A stretch of DNA of 23,513 nucleotides, from contig JBMFKQ010000027.1 of NCBI GenBank assembly GCA_049972095.1, forward strand, positions 1-23,513, given 5' to 3'. Below the pieces are notes generated by a model, which did not search any database, was not told the DNA's origin, and saw only the letters and a program-made list of their open reading frames with translations. Made by a program: the position numbers and the translations under genes. Positions 8,365-18,523 of the stretch are shown piece by piece (the stretch's first letter is position 1; each line of letters starts with the position of its first letter). The stretch is from Elusimicrobiales bacterium (lineage in GTDB: Bacteria > Elusimicrobiota > Elusimicrobia > Elusimicrobiales > UBA9959).

Positions 8365-8807
8365 TATCCCCTCCTAATTATCCTTTCCATCATAATGGCA
8401 TCATATTTAAAATCATAGTATTTTTTTCTTATGTTATAAACATTAAAACCATTTTTTACATAAAGGTTTAAAGCAGGTATATTATTCTTTCTAACCTCAA
8501 GCACAATTCTTTCTATACCCCTTGATAAAGCTTCATCAATAATCCTTCCAAGAAGTTGTGTTGCTATGCCCTGCCTTAGATGTGATTTTGATACAACAAG
8601 GGAGTTTATCTCAATCACATCAGCTATCCATATATTTACAAAGCCGACAATCTTGTTTGAAATCTCAGCAACAAATGTTATGGAATTTTTTTTCTCAAAC
8701 TCCTTTAAAAAACCATCTCTTCCCCAGCATGGATACTCATCTTTCCAGTCAGACTCAACTACAACAATATCATTTATATCACACGAATTTGCTTTTCTTA
8801 TTATCAT
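8364..8807 (-). CDS. rimI: RimI-like GNAT N-acetyltransferase
   Basis: GNAT motif RQGIA, plus LEVRKNNIPALNLY and RKKYY...DAIMM. Adjacent to tsaB. Confidence 0.88.
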   Translation of the reverse strand: MIIRKANSCDINDIVVVESDWKDEYPCWGRDGFLKEFEKKNSITFVAEISNKIVGFVNIWIADVIEINSLVVSKSHLRQGIATQLLGRIIDEALSRGIERIVLEVRKNNIPALNLYVKNGFNVYNIRKKYYDFKYDAIMMERIIRRG

Positions 8808-9457
8808 AGCTCAAACTTTGCAGGTTTTAAATAAAATGGCTCAAAATCCTCTGAACCAAAATATAATGCTGCGTCAATTATGTTTTGTGGAATTATCTTT
8901 GAAATAGATGCTGGTGCAAGCTTAATATCTTTAAAACAAGCCATCTCTTTTGAAAACTCCTCCATATCACTTATAATAACTCCTTTAAATCCTTTAGTTT
9001 TTTTCAAAACATCATCAAAAAAAAGCCATTGTGGTTTTTCTTCTCTAATAATCTTTTTAGCCCTAAAAGAATAGAATGAGAGATAATACTCATCCTTAAA
9101 TGCATGCAATATAACAGCTACTTCTTTATCAGAGCTATCCAGTGTAAAAAGGTTATAAGCAAGGCAGTCAAAAACATCCACTCCAAAAACTCTACATCCT
9201 GAAATGGCTTTGTAAACTGAGGCAAAGGTGTATATTGATCTTATCGCTGTAAACCTTCCGGGCCCTTTCACAACACAAAGTGTCTTTATATCCTTAAATG
9301 AAAAACCAAGCCTTTCTGTCATTTTAATCAATTGCAATATCATAACATCATCAAAGTTAATAATCTTTCTTGAGTAGGATAAGTTTTTTTTACCATCTCT
9401 TACTGATATTTTAAGGTAGGAAGAATAACAGGATACTCCTGCTATTAACTCACTCAT
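8804..9457 (-). CDS. tsaB: tRNA t6A37 biosynthesis protein TsaB (divergent)
   Basis: GPGRFTAIR (a GPGSFTG.R variant) and C-terminal EPFYLK. Lies between tsaE and rimI. Confidence 0.85.
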   Translation of the reverse strand: MSELIAGVSCYSSYLKISVRDGKKNLSYSRKIINFDDVMILQLIKMTERLGFSFKDIKTLCVVKGPGRFTAIRSIYTFASVYKAISGCRVFGVDVFDCLAYNLFTLDSSDKEVAVILHAFKDEYYLSFYSFRAKKIIREEKPQWLFFDDVLKKTKGFKGVIISDMEEFSKEMACFKDIKLAPASISKIIPQNIIDAALYFGSEDFEPFYLKPAKFEL

Positions 9458-9884
9458 ATTTAAACACCTCTATTTTCCTTGCATTAATTCCTTCAATAGA
9501 TATCTTGATTAGAAATGGTTTGAAGCAAAGATATTTTTTAATATCATATGGCCATTCAACAGCAACTATCCCCTCATTGAGGTACTCAACTATTTCATCA
9601 AAAAAATACCTACCATTTATTCTGTAAAAATCACAGTGAATTAGATTTGCTTTTTTAGCTTGATATATAGAAACAAGGACAAAGCTTGAGCTCGTAACAG
9701 TTTTATTAGAACCAAGATATTTTAAAACACCATTTAAAAATGTTGTTTTACCACTTCCTATATCGCCAACGAGAAGTATTAGATCACCTTTTTTAAAATT
9801 TTTTGACAGCTCAAAGGCAAAATTTATACTATCTTTGGCTGATTTGCTTTCAAAAGTGCTCAAAGGTTTCCGCTTTACCTTCAT
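9450..9884 (-). CDS. tsaE: tRNA t6A37 biosynthesis ATPase TsaE
   Basis: P-loop GDIGSGKTT, plus VTSSSFVL, HCDFYR and VEW. Likely start ATG 9884. Confidence 0.93.
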   Translation of the reverse strand: MKVKRKPLSTFESKSAKDSINFAFELSKNFKKGDLILLVGDIGSGKTTFLNGVLKYLGSNKTVTSSSFVLVSIYQAKKANLIHCDFYRINGRYFFDEIVEYLNEGIVAVEWPYDIKKYLCFKPFLIKISIEGINARKIEVFKYE

Positions 9885-10797
9885 AGCCACAAATTTTCAC
9901 TCCACTTCCTTTTTCAAAATGCCCTATAACCTTTATTCTTGAGTCAGCTATTTTTTTATAATCAGACTCAGATATACTAAAAACAAGATTATAATCATCA
10001 CTTGTAAGTAGAGCTGATACAAGTTCATTCTTATCAGAGTAATAATTAATCACACACTCAGATGCAGTCTTTAAAATGCTATTCATATCACACACGGCCA
10101 TAAGATTATTCTCATTACATAGTACCTCAAGGGTTTTGAAAATACCATCTGAGTTATCAATCATCGTTGTTGCATAATGATATACCTTTTTTGATATATC
10201 AGGATAAATATGAGGCTTTGAAAACATATCTATAATCTTTTGTTCATTGTAGGTTAATTTATTCCTTTTCTTCTTTCTCATAAGATCAACCGCTGCAGAC
10301 GAAAAACCTGTTTTTCCAACAATACATATAAGATCCCCCTTCTTTGCCCCTTTACGCATTACAACACCATTCTTATCAAGATTTCCAAAGACATTCATTG
10401 ATAGAAAAAGCACAGGGCTTCTTACAAGGTTTCCACCTATATTTTTTACATTATAAAAATCAAGCTCATTTTTGAGTGATTTCAGAAATGATTTTATCCA
10501 GGCATCACCTACAGATTGGTTCAAACCCATAGACACCAAACACCACTTAGGCACAGCATTACCCATTGAATAAATATCACTGAGATTAACCCTAACAAAT
10601 CTTGAAGCTATCTCACAAGGCTTAAGAAACGAGCTTATGAAATGTGTTCCATCAACCATATCATCAACACTTACAAGGATATAATCACTACATCCAAGAT
10701 CAATAACAGCGCAGTCATCTCCAGGACCTATGATTATATCGTCAGATGTGTATTTAAATCTATTCTTTATCAGATCTATTATATCTCTTTCTTTCAT
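9850..10797 (-). CDS. thiL: Thiamine-monophosphate kinase
   Basis: Motifs GPGDDCA, GTHF, NLSDIYSMG, GGN, DNSDG and DDY.L.F. Likely start ATG 10797 (MKERDII). Confidence 0.93.
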   Translation of the reverse strand: MKERDIIDLIKNRFKYTSDDIIIGPGDDCAVIDLGCSDYILVSVDDMVDGTHFISSFLKPCEIASRFVRVNLSDIYSMGNAVPKWCLVSMGLNQSVGDAWIKSFLKSLKNELDFYNVKNIGGNLVRSPVLFLSMNVFGNLDKNGVVMRKGAKKGDLICIVGKTGFSSAAVDLMRKKKRNKLTYNEQKIIDMFSKPHIYPDISKKVYHYATTMIDNSDGIFKTLEVLCNENNLMAVCDMNSILKTASECVINYYSDKNELVSALLTSDDYNLVFSISESDYKKIADSRIKVIGHFEKGSGVKICGYEGKAETFEHF

Positions 10798-11674
10798 AAA
10801 CAAGTTCAAAAAATGCTTTAGGTATTGCTGATATCAGATCTCTGGCATTAACAGAATAGCTAGTAAGCTCATCTCTTGATATCTGAGCAGATAATGAATG
10901 TATAAAAACTCCACAGACTGATGATTCAAATGCTGTTTTTATACTAAAGCCATCTCTCTTTCCTCTTTGAGCCCAAAGCCCTGCTATTATACCACAAAGC
11001 ACATCACCACTTCCTGCTTTGGAGAGCGCTGAATTAGGTTTTTTGAGTATGTATATAATCTGTCCATCACTAACCCTTGTAATATAATCCTTTACAACCG
11101 CAACACTCCCCAACTCCATAGATAGTTTAAGGGAAAGTTTATCAGGATCCTTTATATCAAAAAATCTAACAGCTTCTCCTGTATGAGGAGTAATAATGGA
11201 AGGTTTATTTTTTATTAGATGATACTTTTTTGACGATGAAAGTATATTCAATCCATCAGCATCAATCAAAACAGGAGTTGATATCATATTCATAGCTTCA
11301 GTAAGGAAAAATGATGTTTCTGGTTCTGTGCCCATACCTGGTCCAAAAACTATAAGATCAGGTCTTGTTTTTTCCACTACATTCGCAAAAACAGAGATAT
11401 CCTTTGATGAGAAAAAATACTCAGACAAACAGCCAAAAACTATTGCCTCAGGCACAAGAACCGAAACTGTATTTTTTATAGATGATGGACATATAACATA
11501 GACAAGCCCACATCCACATTTCAAAGCAGAAAGAGCAGTAAAACTCACAGCGCCACTCATCGCAGTAGAACCACCAACAATCAAAACCCTTCCAAATAAA
11601 TGCTTATGGAGATTTTCAGGTCTTTGAGGGAGAAATTTAATGGCTTTTTTTCTATCAATATATCTTTTAATCAT
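10760..11674 (-). CDS. nnrD: ADP-dependent NAD(P)H-hydrate dehydratase (stand-alone YjeF C-terminal domain)
   Basis: Motifs HK..FGRVLIVGGS, GPGMG, IDADGLN, ITPH.GE and AGSGDVL.G. ATG 11674 overlaps the acpS stop (ATGA). Confidence 0.93.
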   Translation of the reverse strand: MIKRYIDRKKAIKFLPQRPENLHKHLFGRVLIVGGSTAMSGAVSFTALSALKCGCGLVYVICPSSIKNTVSVLVPEAIVFGCLSEYFFSSKDISVFANVVEKTRPDLIVFGPGMGTEPETSFFLTEAMNMISTPVLIDADGLNILSSSKKYHLIKNKPSIITPHTGEAVRFFDIKDPDKLSLKLSMELGSVAVVKDYITRVSDGQIIYILKKPNSALSKAGSGDVLCGIIAGLWAQRGKRDGFSIKTAFESSVCGVFIHSLSAQISRDELTSYSVNARDLISAIPKAFFELVYERKRYNRSDKE

Positions 11675-11997
11675 AAAACACAAACCGCAATAGCATAATC
11701 ACCACAGTGGGTAATACTTAAAGAGCATCTAACCTTTTTTCCATAAACATAGAGTTGAGGTTTCCCATAAGAGGTATTTCTTACCTCTATGCTTTTCATA
11801 GGAGGTATTTTTTTAGATGATACACATTTTATATATGCCTCTTTTGCAGCAAATCTTGCGGCGTACCTTTCATCTTTTCTTTTAAAGCGCTCACAATAGT
11901 TTATCTCATAAGCAGTGAAAAATTTTTCTAAAAAATTAGGCTTTGAGATAAGTTTCCTTATTCTTCTAATCTCGACCATATCTATTCCGATTTTCAT
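11671..11997 (-). CDS. acpS: Holo-[acyl-carrier-protein] synthase
   Basis: Motifs IGIDMVEI.R, AARFAAKEA, GKP and LSITH. Confidence 0.95.
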   Translation of the reverse strand: MKIGIDMVEIRRIRKLISKPNFLEKFFTAYEINYCERFKRKDERYAARFAAKEAYIKCVSSKKIPPMKSIEVRNTSYGKPQLYVYGKKVRCSLSITHCGDYAIAVCVL

Positions 11998-12008
11998 AGA
12001 ATTGATCT

Positions 12009-13880
12009 TTACTTTACCGTTACGCTTTTTGCAAGGTTTCTTGGTTTATCTATATCAAGCCCAAGATTTAAGGCTGTATAGTATGCAAAGATCTGAAGTG
12101 GTATAACACAAACAACAGGTGAAAAATACTCACTAACCTTTGGAACAACTATCTTCCAGCTAACCCTAATATTTCTCGCACTTTCAGAATCACAAACAGC
12201 AATAACCCTGGCACCTCTTGCCATAACCTCTTCTATGTTTGATCTAATCAACTCAAAATCTCTTGTTGATGGAGCTATGGCAACAACCGGCATCCCCTCA
12301 TCTATTATCGCTATAGGTCCATGCTTCATCTCACCACCGGTGTAACCCTCAGCATGGAGATAGCTTATCTCCTTAAGCTTTAAAGCACCCTCAAGCGCAA
12401 CAGGATAGTTTATACCTCGTGCGATATAAAGATAATCCTTCTTGGATGAAAGTTCACTTACAATACCTTTTATAAAATCCTCGGTTTTAAATGTCTCTTT
12501 TATCACCCTTGGCATCTCAATAAGCTGTGTTGCAAACTCCCTTGCTTTGGTTATGAAAAGCTTGTGTCTTATATAAGAAAAGTGAAGTGCGGTGATATAG
12601 AGAGTTGCAAGCTGCGATATAAATGCCTTGGTCGATGCAACAGCAATCTCAGGTCCACAGTGTGTATATAAAACATAATCTGCTTCCCTTGAAACAGTAG
12701 AGCCAAGAGTATTTACAACAGCAAAGATTTTGTTTCCATTTTTCTTAGCCATCCTCATTGCATCAATGGTATCTGCTGTCTCACCTGATTGGGTTATAAC
12801 AAAAACAAGGGCATTCTTATCAAGAACCTTCATTCTGTAAGAAAACTCACTTGCCAGATCAGCCTCCGCCTTTATTGAAAGATCCTCAAAAAGATATCTT
12901 CCTACCAAGCATGCATGATATGCAGTGCCGCATCCCACAAAATGCACATACGAAAATCTTTTTATATCATCAGCTTTCATCCCAGTTTCTTTCTCAAATA
13001 TATCACTGTCAACAGGTAAAACCCTTCCCCTTACGGTGTTTTCAAAGGCTATATCCTGCTCAAAAATCTCCTTTATCATAAAATGTTTATAGCCTGCCTT
13101 CTCTGCCATCTTTACATCCCAGGATATATTTTGAATCTCTTTATTTTTCTTCTTCCCATTAATATCAAAAAATGCAATATTCTTACCATCAGTAAAAAAT
13201 ATCTCATCATCCTCCATAAAATAAACCTTTTTTGTGTGTTCAAGAAAGCCAACAACATCAGAGCTTATAAAAAACTCACCATCTCCAACACCAACCACAA
13301 GAGGACTGAATCTCCTTGCTGATAGTATAACACCCGGCGTTTTTGACCATATAACAGATATCGCAAAACTACCTTTAAGCACAGCAAGAGTTTCAATAAA
13401 AGCCCTAAAAAAAACTGGCTGAAGCATTTCAGCTCTCAACCCTACTCCTTTTCTTATGTGTTTTTTAATATTTTCTTCAATAAGATGTGGTATAATCTCT
13501 GTATCAGTCTGAGATCTAAATGAATGAGAAGAAAGATCTTCCTTAAGCTCCAAATAGTTTTCTATTATTCCATTATGAACAACAACAATCTCTTGTGTGC
13601 AGTCAGTATGTGGATGGGCATTCTCCTCGCTTGGCACCCCATGGGTTGCCCATCTTGTGTGAGCTATACCACATGAGATATCCTTATAAGCTTTATTAGA
13701 GACAACCTCCCAAAGTGCATCAACCCTTCCCTTGACCCTATCAAGGTATATCTTCCCCGTTTTTGATAACAAAGCAATACCACAGGAATCATATCCGCGA
13801 TATTCTAACCTTCTAAGTCCTCCAATTAAAATCTTAACAGCATCATTCTTAAAGCCGCTGTATCCAACTATACCGCACAT
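12009..13880 (-). CDS. glmS: Glutamine--fructose-6-phosphate transaminase (isomerizing)
   Basis: Motifs MCGIVG, LEYRGYDS, HTRWATHG, SGETADT, ALKLKEISY and C-terminal PRNLAKSVTV. Confidence 0.98.
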   Translation of the reverse strand: MCGIVGYSGFKNDAVKILIGGLRRLEYRGYDSCGIALLSKTGKIYLDRVKGRVDALWEVVSNKAYKDISCGIAHTRWATHGVPSEENAHPHTDCTQEIVVVHNGIIENYLELKEDLSSHSFRSQTDTEIIPHLIEENIKKHIRKGVGLRAEMLQPVFFRAFIETLAVLKGSFAISVIWSKTPGVILSARRFSPLVVGVGDGEFFISSDVVGFLEHTKKVYFMEDDEIFFTDGKNIAFFDINGKKKNKEIQNISWDVKMAEKAGYKHFMIKEIFEQDIAFENTVRGRVLPVDSDIFEKETGMKADDIKRFSYVHFVGCGTAYHACLVGRYLFEDLSIKAEADLASEFSYRMKVLDKNALVFVITQSGETADTIDAMRMAKKNGNKIFAVVNTLGSTVSREADYVLYTHCGPEIAVASTKAFISQLATLYITALHFSYIRHKLFITKAREFATQLIEMPRVIKETFKTEDFIKGIVSELSSKKDYLYIARGINYPVALEGALKLKEISYLHAEGYTGGEMKHGPIAIIDEGMPVVAIAPSTRDFELIRSNIEEVMARGARVIAVCDSESARNIRVSWKIVVPKVSEYFSPVVCVIPLQIFAYYTALNLGLDIDKPRNLAKSVTVK

Positions 13881-13881
13881 A

Positions 13882-14604
13882 TTAGCTTATAAGCTCTTTC
13901 ATCTGCATCACAGCATTTCTTAAGCCAACAAAAACAGCTCTTGATATTATGGAAAATCCGATATTCAAACAATCCATACCGCTTATCTTTGCAACAGCTC
14001 TAACATTGTAATAATCAAGACCATGGCCGGCATGGAGTCCCATATTAAGCTCTTTAACAAGATAACCTGCAAGCTGAAGTTTTTCAAGCTCCTTTGCTTG
14101 ATTTTTCTTACCCCAGCTTTCAGCATAAACCTTTGTGCAAAGCTCAATAACATCAGCACCAAGCTTATAAGCTGTTCTTATATCATCTGCCTCAGGATTA
14201 AGGAAAAGGCTAACCTCAATGCCTTTATCAGAAAGAGCCTTTATGATATTTTCTATCTCCTTAACCATTGTTTTATCTTTAAGGTTTAACCCCCCTTCTG
14301 TTGTAACCTCACCAGCTTTTTCTGGAACTATACAAACAGAGTCTGGCAGATATCTAAGAGCTATTTCAAGCATTTCGGAGGTCGCAGCCATCTCAAGATG
14401 AACGACACACTTGACCTCCTTTCTCATCCTTTCAAGATCGTGCTCTTGAATATGCCTTCTGTCACCCCTTATGTGCATTACTATCATATCCGCTCCGCTT
14501 GAAATAGCAACCCTTGCGGCCTCAACAGGATCAGGATTTATATCTTTTCTTGCTTGTCTAAGAGTTGCTATATGATCTATATTAACTCCTAACTTAACTG
14601 CCAT
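13882..14604 (-). CDS. pdxJ: Pyridoxine 5'-phosphate synthase
   Basis: Motifs LGVNIDHIATLRQAR, DRRHIQ, TTEGGL and HAGHGLDY. Start ATG 14604 behind AAGGGGG. Confidence 0.97.
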   Translation of the reverse strand: MAVKLGVNIDHIATLRQARKDINPDPVEAARVAISSGADMIVMHIRGDRRHIQEHDLERMRKEVKCVVHLEMAATSEMLEIALRYLPDSVCIVPEKAGEVTTEGGLNLKDKTMVKEIENIIKALSDKGIEVSLFLNPEADDIRTAYKLGADVIELCTKVYAESWGKKNQAKELEKLQLAGYLVKELNMGLHAGHGLDYYNVRAVAKISGMDCLNIGFSIISRAVFVGLRNAVMQMKELIS

Positions 14605-14614
14605 ATAATCCCCC

Positions 14615-15934
14615 TTATATAGCTGAAACAGCGTTTTTGTATACATCGTATATTTTGTCAGAGAGCTTCAAGAGATATTTCTTATCCTTCTTCCCTTCAA
14701 CGAGAATTCTTAAAAGAGGTTCGGTTCCTGAGTATCTTAAAACTATTCTACCTTCTATATTCTTCTGTTCCTTTTGAATAAAAGAATCAAGATCTTGAAG
14801 ATTCTCAAGCGGATACTTATTTAAAACTTTATAAGACTTGAGAACACTTGAATATCTCTGCCACATTTTCCTAACAGTAGAAGGGGTTATTCCAAGTTTA
14901 CCACATATCCTTAAAAACTCAAGGGATGTTATTATTCCATCACCAGTCCATAGGTAGTTTGAGAATATTATGTGTCCACTTGACTCTCCACCCAACAATG
15001 CTCCATTTTCCTTCATAGCCTTTACAACATTTTTATCACCCACATCAACTATCACAACCTTAATATTCATATCAGAAAGATATTTAACAAGCCCATAGTT
15101 GGACATTTTTGTTAAAACCACAACCCTGTTTTTAGTTTTCTTTCTAAAATAGTATGTAGCGGCAAGCATTATTATATCATCACCATCAATGATTCTTCCT
15201 TTCTCATCTGTTACAATACATCTATCAGCATCTCCATCGTATGAAATCCCACCCCAGTATTTTTTGCCTTTAAGGTACCTTTTAACAAGAGAGTTGTCCA
15301 AAGCACCACAGCCAACATTTATGTTTTTACCATTTGGTTTTGAACCAATAAGCATATATCTAAAACCAAGTCTTTTAAAGATCTCAGGTGCTATCTTAAA
15401 TGCAGAACCATTTGAACAATCAATAATAGGAACCACATCGTTTTTTATTGCCCTAAAAGAAGAAACGACATAATCAATATAATCATCAATTAGATTAAGT
15501 CTGCAAGACAATACATTAACTTGTGATAGTTCAATATTACTATCAACAATAGATTCTATTGCATTTTCTTTATTCAAGTCTATTTTATTTCCTTTAGAAT
15601 CAAAAACCTTTATACCATTATAGTGAGGTGGGTTATGACTTGCAGAAACCATTATACCAAATGATGGTTTTTTTACTGACAAAAGATATGAAAGAGCAGG
15701 TGTGGTAATAATCCCAAGATTATAAACCTTCATTCCTGCAGAATTAAGCCCTTTTACAAGATGAAAAATTATTTTTTTGCCGCTCTCTCTCGTATCACGA
15801 GCAACAAAAACAGTTTTTTTTGAATCACAAAGCACCTTTGCACATGCAAAACCAATCTTTTCTATCATCCTTTCAGTAAGGGGAAATCTAAAAGGAACCC
15901 CTCTTATCCCATCTGTTCCAAAATATCCTAGCAT
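14615..15934 (-). CDS. glmM: Phosphoglucosamine mutase
   Basis: Motifs FGTDGIRG, SASHNP, DGDADR, GGESSGHII and RYSGTEPLLR. Confidence 0.95.
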   Translation of the reverse strand: MLGYFGTDGIRGVPFRFPLTERMIEKIGFACAKVLCDSKKTVFVARDTRESGKKIIFHLVKGLNSAGMKVYNLGIITTPALSYLLSVKKPSFGIMVSASHNPPHYNGIKVFDSKGNKIDLNKENAIESIVDSNIELSQVNVLSCRLNLIDDYIDYVVSSFRAIKNDVVPIIDCSNGSAFKIAPEIFKRLGFRYMLIGSKPNGKNINVGCGALDNSLVKRYLKGKKYWGGISYDGDADRCIVTDEKGRIIDGDDIIMLAATYYFRKKTKNRVVVLTKMSNYGLVKYLSDMNIKVVIVDVGDKNVVKAMKENGALLGGESSGHIIFSNYLWTGDGIITSLEFLRICGKLGITPSTVRKMWQRYSSVLKSYKVLNKYPLENLQDLDSFIQKEQKNIEGRIVLRYSGTEPLLRILVEGKKDKKYLLKLSDKIYDVYKNAVSAI

Positions 15935-15940
15935 AATAAA

Positions 15941-15946
15941 ATTATA
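15941..15946 (-). promoter_or_regulatory. -10 box TATAAT 6 nt upstream of the glmM ATG (possible leaderless promoter)
   Basis: Minus strand reads TAGTATAAT-TTTATT-ATG, with no SD. Confidence 0.5.
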
Positions 15947-16174
15947 CTATTTTAGCAGTCTAAACCCGAGTGATACCTCTTGACAGAGCTTGCTGCCTTA
16001 TAACTTCAAACTCATCTTTTTTTATAATGGACAGCGGTGAAGTTTTTGATATCTCAGCTTTGATTGACTCAAAATTAACCTTATCTTCAGATGAATAATA
16101 GGTTGAGCCCACACACTGCTCAATCTGTAAGAGTGCATTTGTATATTGTATATGTAGCTGATATACTTTAAATC

Positions 16175-18523
16175 TTATCTTAAGGTTGCTGAAAATCTGT
16201 CCCTTAAAATATTAAAAATCTCCTCTATCTTTGCATTTAGCTCATTATCAGTAAAGGTTTTTTGTGTCGATGAAAATATAAATCTAAATGTCAAACTCCT
16301 TTTATCCCTTCCAATTCTATCATCCTCATAAACATCTATTAACCTTATATCAGAAATATTCTCTGTGTTCTTAATTGTTTCATATATCTGTGAAAAACTG
16401 AATTTTTTATCAACTATTATAGAAAGATCTCTCATACTATGTTGATATTGTGATGGCTTTTGAGGCTTTGCTACCATTTGGTAAAAATCACCGCTGTAAA
16501 ACTCAATAAGCTTCTCAGTTTCAATCTCAGCATAAAAAACATTCTTTTCTTTTATATCAAAGCTTTTAAGAACAGTGGGGTTTAAAGCGCCCGCAAAACC
16601 AATTTTTTTTCTATTGAAAATCAAATCACAGACATATAGAAATGATGGATGCTTGCTTTTAAGCCAAAGAACATTTCTGTCCATTATAGAGTCAACAGTT
16701 GTTTTAAGATGAAAGAAATCTATTAATAAGTTTTTTTCCTTCCACCACTCAATCTCTTCATCACAACCCCACATAAGAATAAAGAGAGATCTTTTTTCGT
16801 CTACCATACCTGAACTATCCTTAGAAAAAATAGAGCCAAATTCATATATCTTGACAGAATTGATATCTCTGTTTATATTGTATCTCAAAACCTTAAGCAT
16901 TGATGGAATCCCACACGGTCTTAGAAACTCAAAATCCTTTGATAAAGGATTTATCACTCGTAAGCAAAGTGATGGATCAAATCCTATACTTCTTATATCC
17001 TTTTCAGAAACAAGATCGTAGGTATAACACTCATTGAAAGAAAACTTTGAAAGCCTGTTGGAAACCTTGTCCATAATAGTCAAATAAGGGTCATCAGCAC
17101 TTTTAATACATGGCATTGATGTCTTAGATAGCACACTATCATAACCAACATATCTAAGATACTCCTCACTTAAATCCCATAAGCTTGTTATATCATAACG
17201 ATAGGAAGGAACAGTGAATATTCTGCCATCAAATGAGCTGTCAAGGGATGAAAGAAGATTATTTAACTTTTTTTCATCTACCTTTATACCAATTATCTCC
17301 TCAATAAAAGAAGAGTTAACCTCTATTTTGACAGGAGGATACTCTTTATTTTTTATATCAACAGCAAAGAGAACTGACAGTTGAGGATTTGTGGAAAGAA
17401 GTATGTAAAGAATCCTTTTAGAAGCAAGTTCAACAAGATTAAAATCAACCCCTCTTTCAAATCTATATGAAGAATCACTTTTTACTCCAATTTTTTTTGA
17501 AGAAACTCTCACAGCCTCGGGTTTAAAATTTGCTATCTCTATGAGAATCTCTTCAGTTTTATCATCTACCGATGACTCCAAGCCACCTATAACACCACCG
17601 ACAGCAAGAACTTTCTTTGAATCTGATATAACTGTCATATTATCTGAAAGCTCATATTCATTTCCATCAAGTGCTTTAAATCTTTCTCCATTTTTAGCAT
17701 TTCTCACAATAATAGAATCTATCTTCTTAAGATCAAAAAAGTGATTTGGCTGACCAATATCAAGCATTACATAATTTGAAAGATCTATCAGAAGATTTCC
17801 TTTAGGATTTATTCCAGCCTTTTTAAGACGATCAGTAATAAAGATTGGAGTTTGTTTATTCTTTATATTGCTAACTGCTATTGCTGCATATCTAAGACAT
17901 AAGTCAGTTTCAACAAAGATTGGAAAATCTTTAGACTGCAAAAACCTAATATCACAAACATCAGGATTTTTAATCTTATAACCACAGAATATTGAAAGCT
18001 CTCTTGCAATACCATAATGAGAAAGACAATATGCAAGATTTGGTGTTATATCAAGATCAATAACATAATCGCTATCAAATATCTCTCTTATATCCATCCC
18101 AATCTTAACAGAGTCATCAAGTATCATTATTCCATCAGATTCTTCTCCAATTCCTATCTCTTGAGCAGAACATATCATTCCATTCGACTCAACCCCCCTT
18201 ATCTTTGCTTTCTTAATCATAATACCTTTTAGAACTGCACCAACCGGCGCAAAAGCTACTATTATCCCCTCCTTGACATTTTTTGCGCCACATACAACAT
18301 CATAGTCTGAATCCAATGTTTTTACCTTGCATATGCTAAGTTTATCAGCATTAGGATGCTTTTCAACCTTTACAACCTTTGCTGTAACAACACCATTACA
18401 ATTAGGACCTATCCTTTCTACTGATTCAACACCAAAACCGAGTCTTTTAAGCTCTGATATTATAACATCAATTGATGGTTTTTCTAAAAGATAATCACAA
18501 AGCCATGAATAAACTATTTTCAT
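16175..18523 (-). CDS. pheT: Phenylalanine--tRNA ligase beta subunit
   Basis: Motifs HPNADKL, VCGAKN, RGVESNGMICS and SYRFERG, with a C-terminal FDX-ACB domain (RDLS, SLTFR). Confidence 0.98.
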   Translation of the reverse strand: MKIVYSWLCDYLLEKPSIDVIISELKRLGFGVESVERIGPNCNGVVTAKVVKVEKHPNADKLSICKVKTLDSDYDVVCGAKNVKEGIIVAFAPVGAVLKGIMIKKAKIRGVESNGMICSAQEIGIGEESDGIMILDDSVKIGMDIREIFDSDYVIDLDITPNLAYCLSHYGIARELSIFCGYKIKNPDVCDIRFLQSKDFPIFVETDLCLRYAAIAVSNIKNKQTPIFITDRLKKAGINPKGNLLIDLSNYVMLDIGQPNHFFDLKKIDSIIVRNAKNGERFKALDGNEYELSDNMTVISDSKKVLAVGGVIGGLESSVDDKTEEILIEIANFKPEAVRVSSKKIGVKSDSSYRFERGVDFNLVELASKRILYILLSTNPQLSVLFAVDIKNKEYPPVKIEVNSSFIEEIIGIKVDEKKLNNLLSSLDSSFDGRIFTVPSYRYDITSLWDLSEEYLRYVGYDSVLSKTSMPCIKSADDPYLTIMDKVSNRLSKFSFNECYTYDLVSEKDIRSIGFDPSLCLRVINPLSKDFEFLRPCGIPSMLKVLRYNINRDINSVKIYEFGSIFSKDSSGMVDEKRSLFILMWGCDEEIEWWKEKNLLIDFFHLKTTVDSIMDRNVLWLKSKHPSFLYVCDLIFNRKKIGFAGALNPTVLKSFDIKEKNVFYAEIETEKLIEFYSGDFYQMVAKPQKPSQYQHSMRDLSIIVDKKFSFSQIYETIKNTENISDIRLIDVYEDDRIGRDKRSLTFRFIFSSTQKTFTDNELNAKIEEIFNILRDRFSATLR

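Noticed and set aside
11998..12060. Tn7/CAST insertion downstream of glmS, given the nearby type I-B cas genes
   Set aside because: acpS starts 11 nt after the glmS stop. There are no transposon ends, target duplication or tns genes in the window.
13870..13900. glmS ribozyme
   Set aside because: There is no leader: glmS starts 1 nt after the pdxJ stop.
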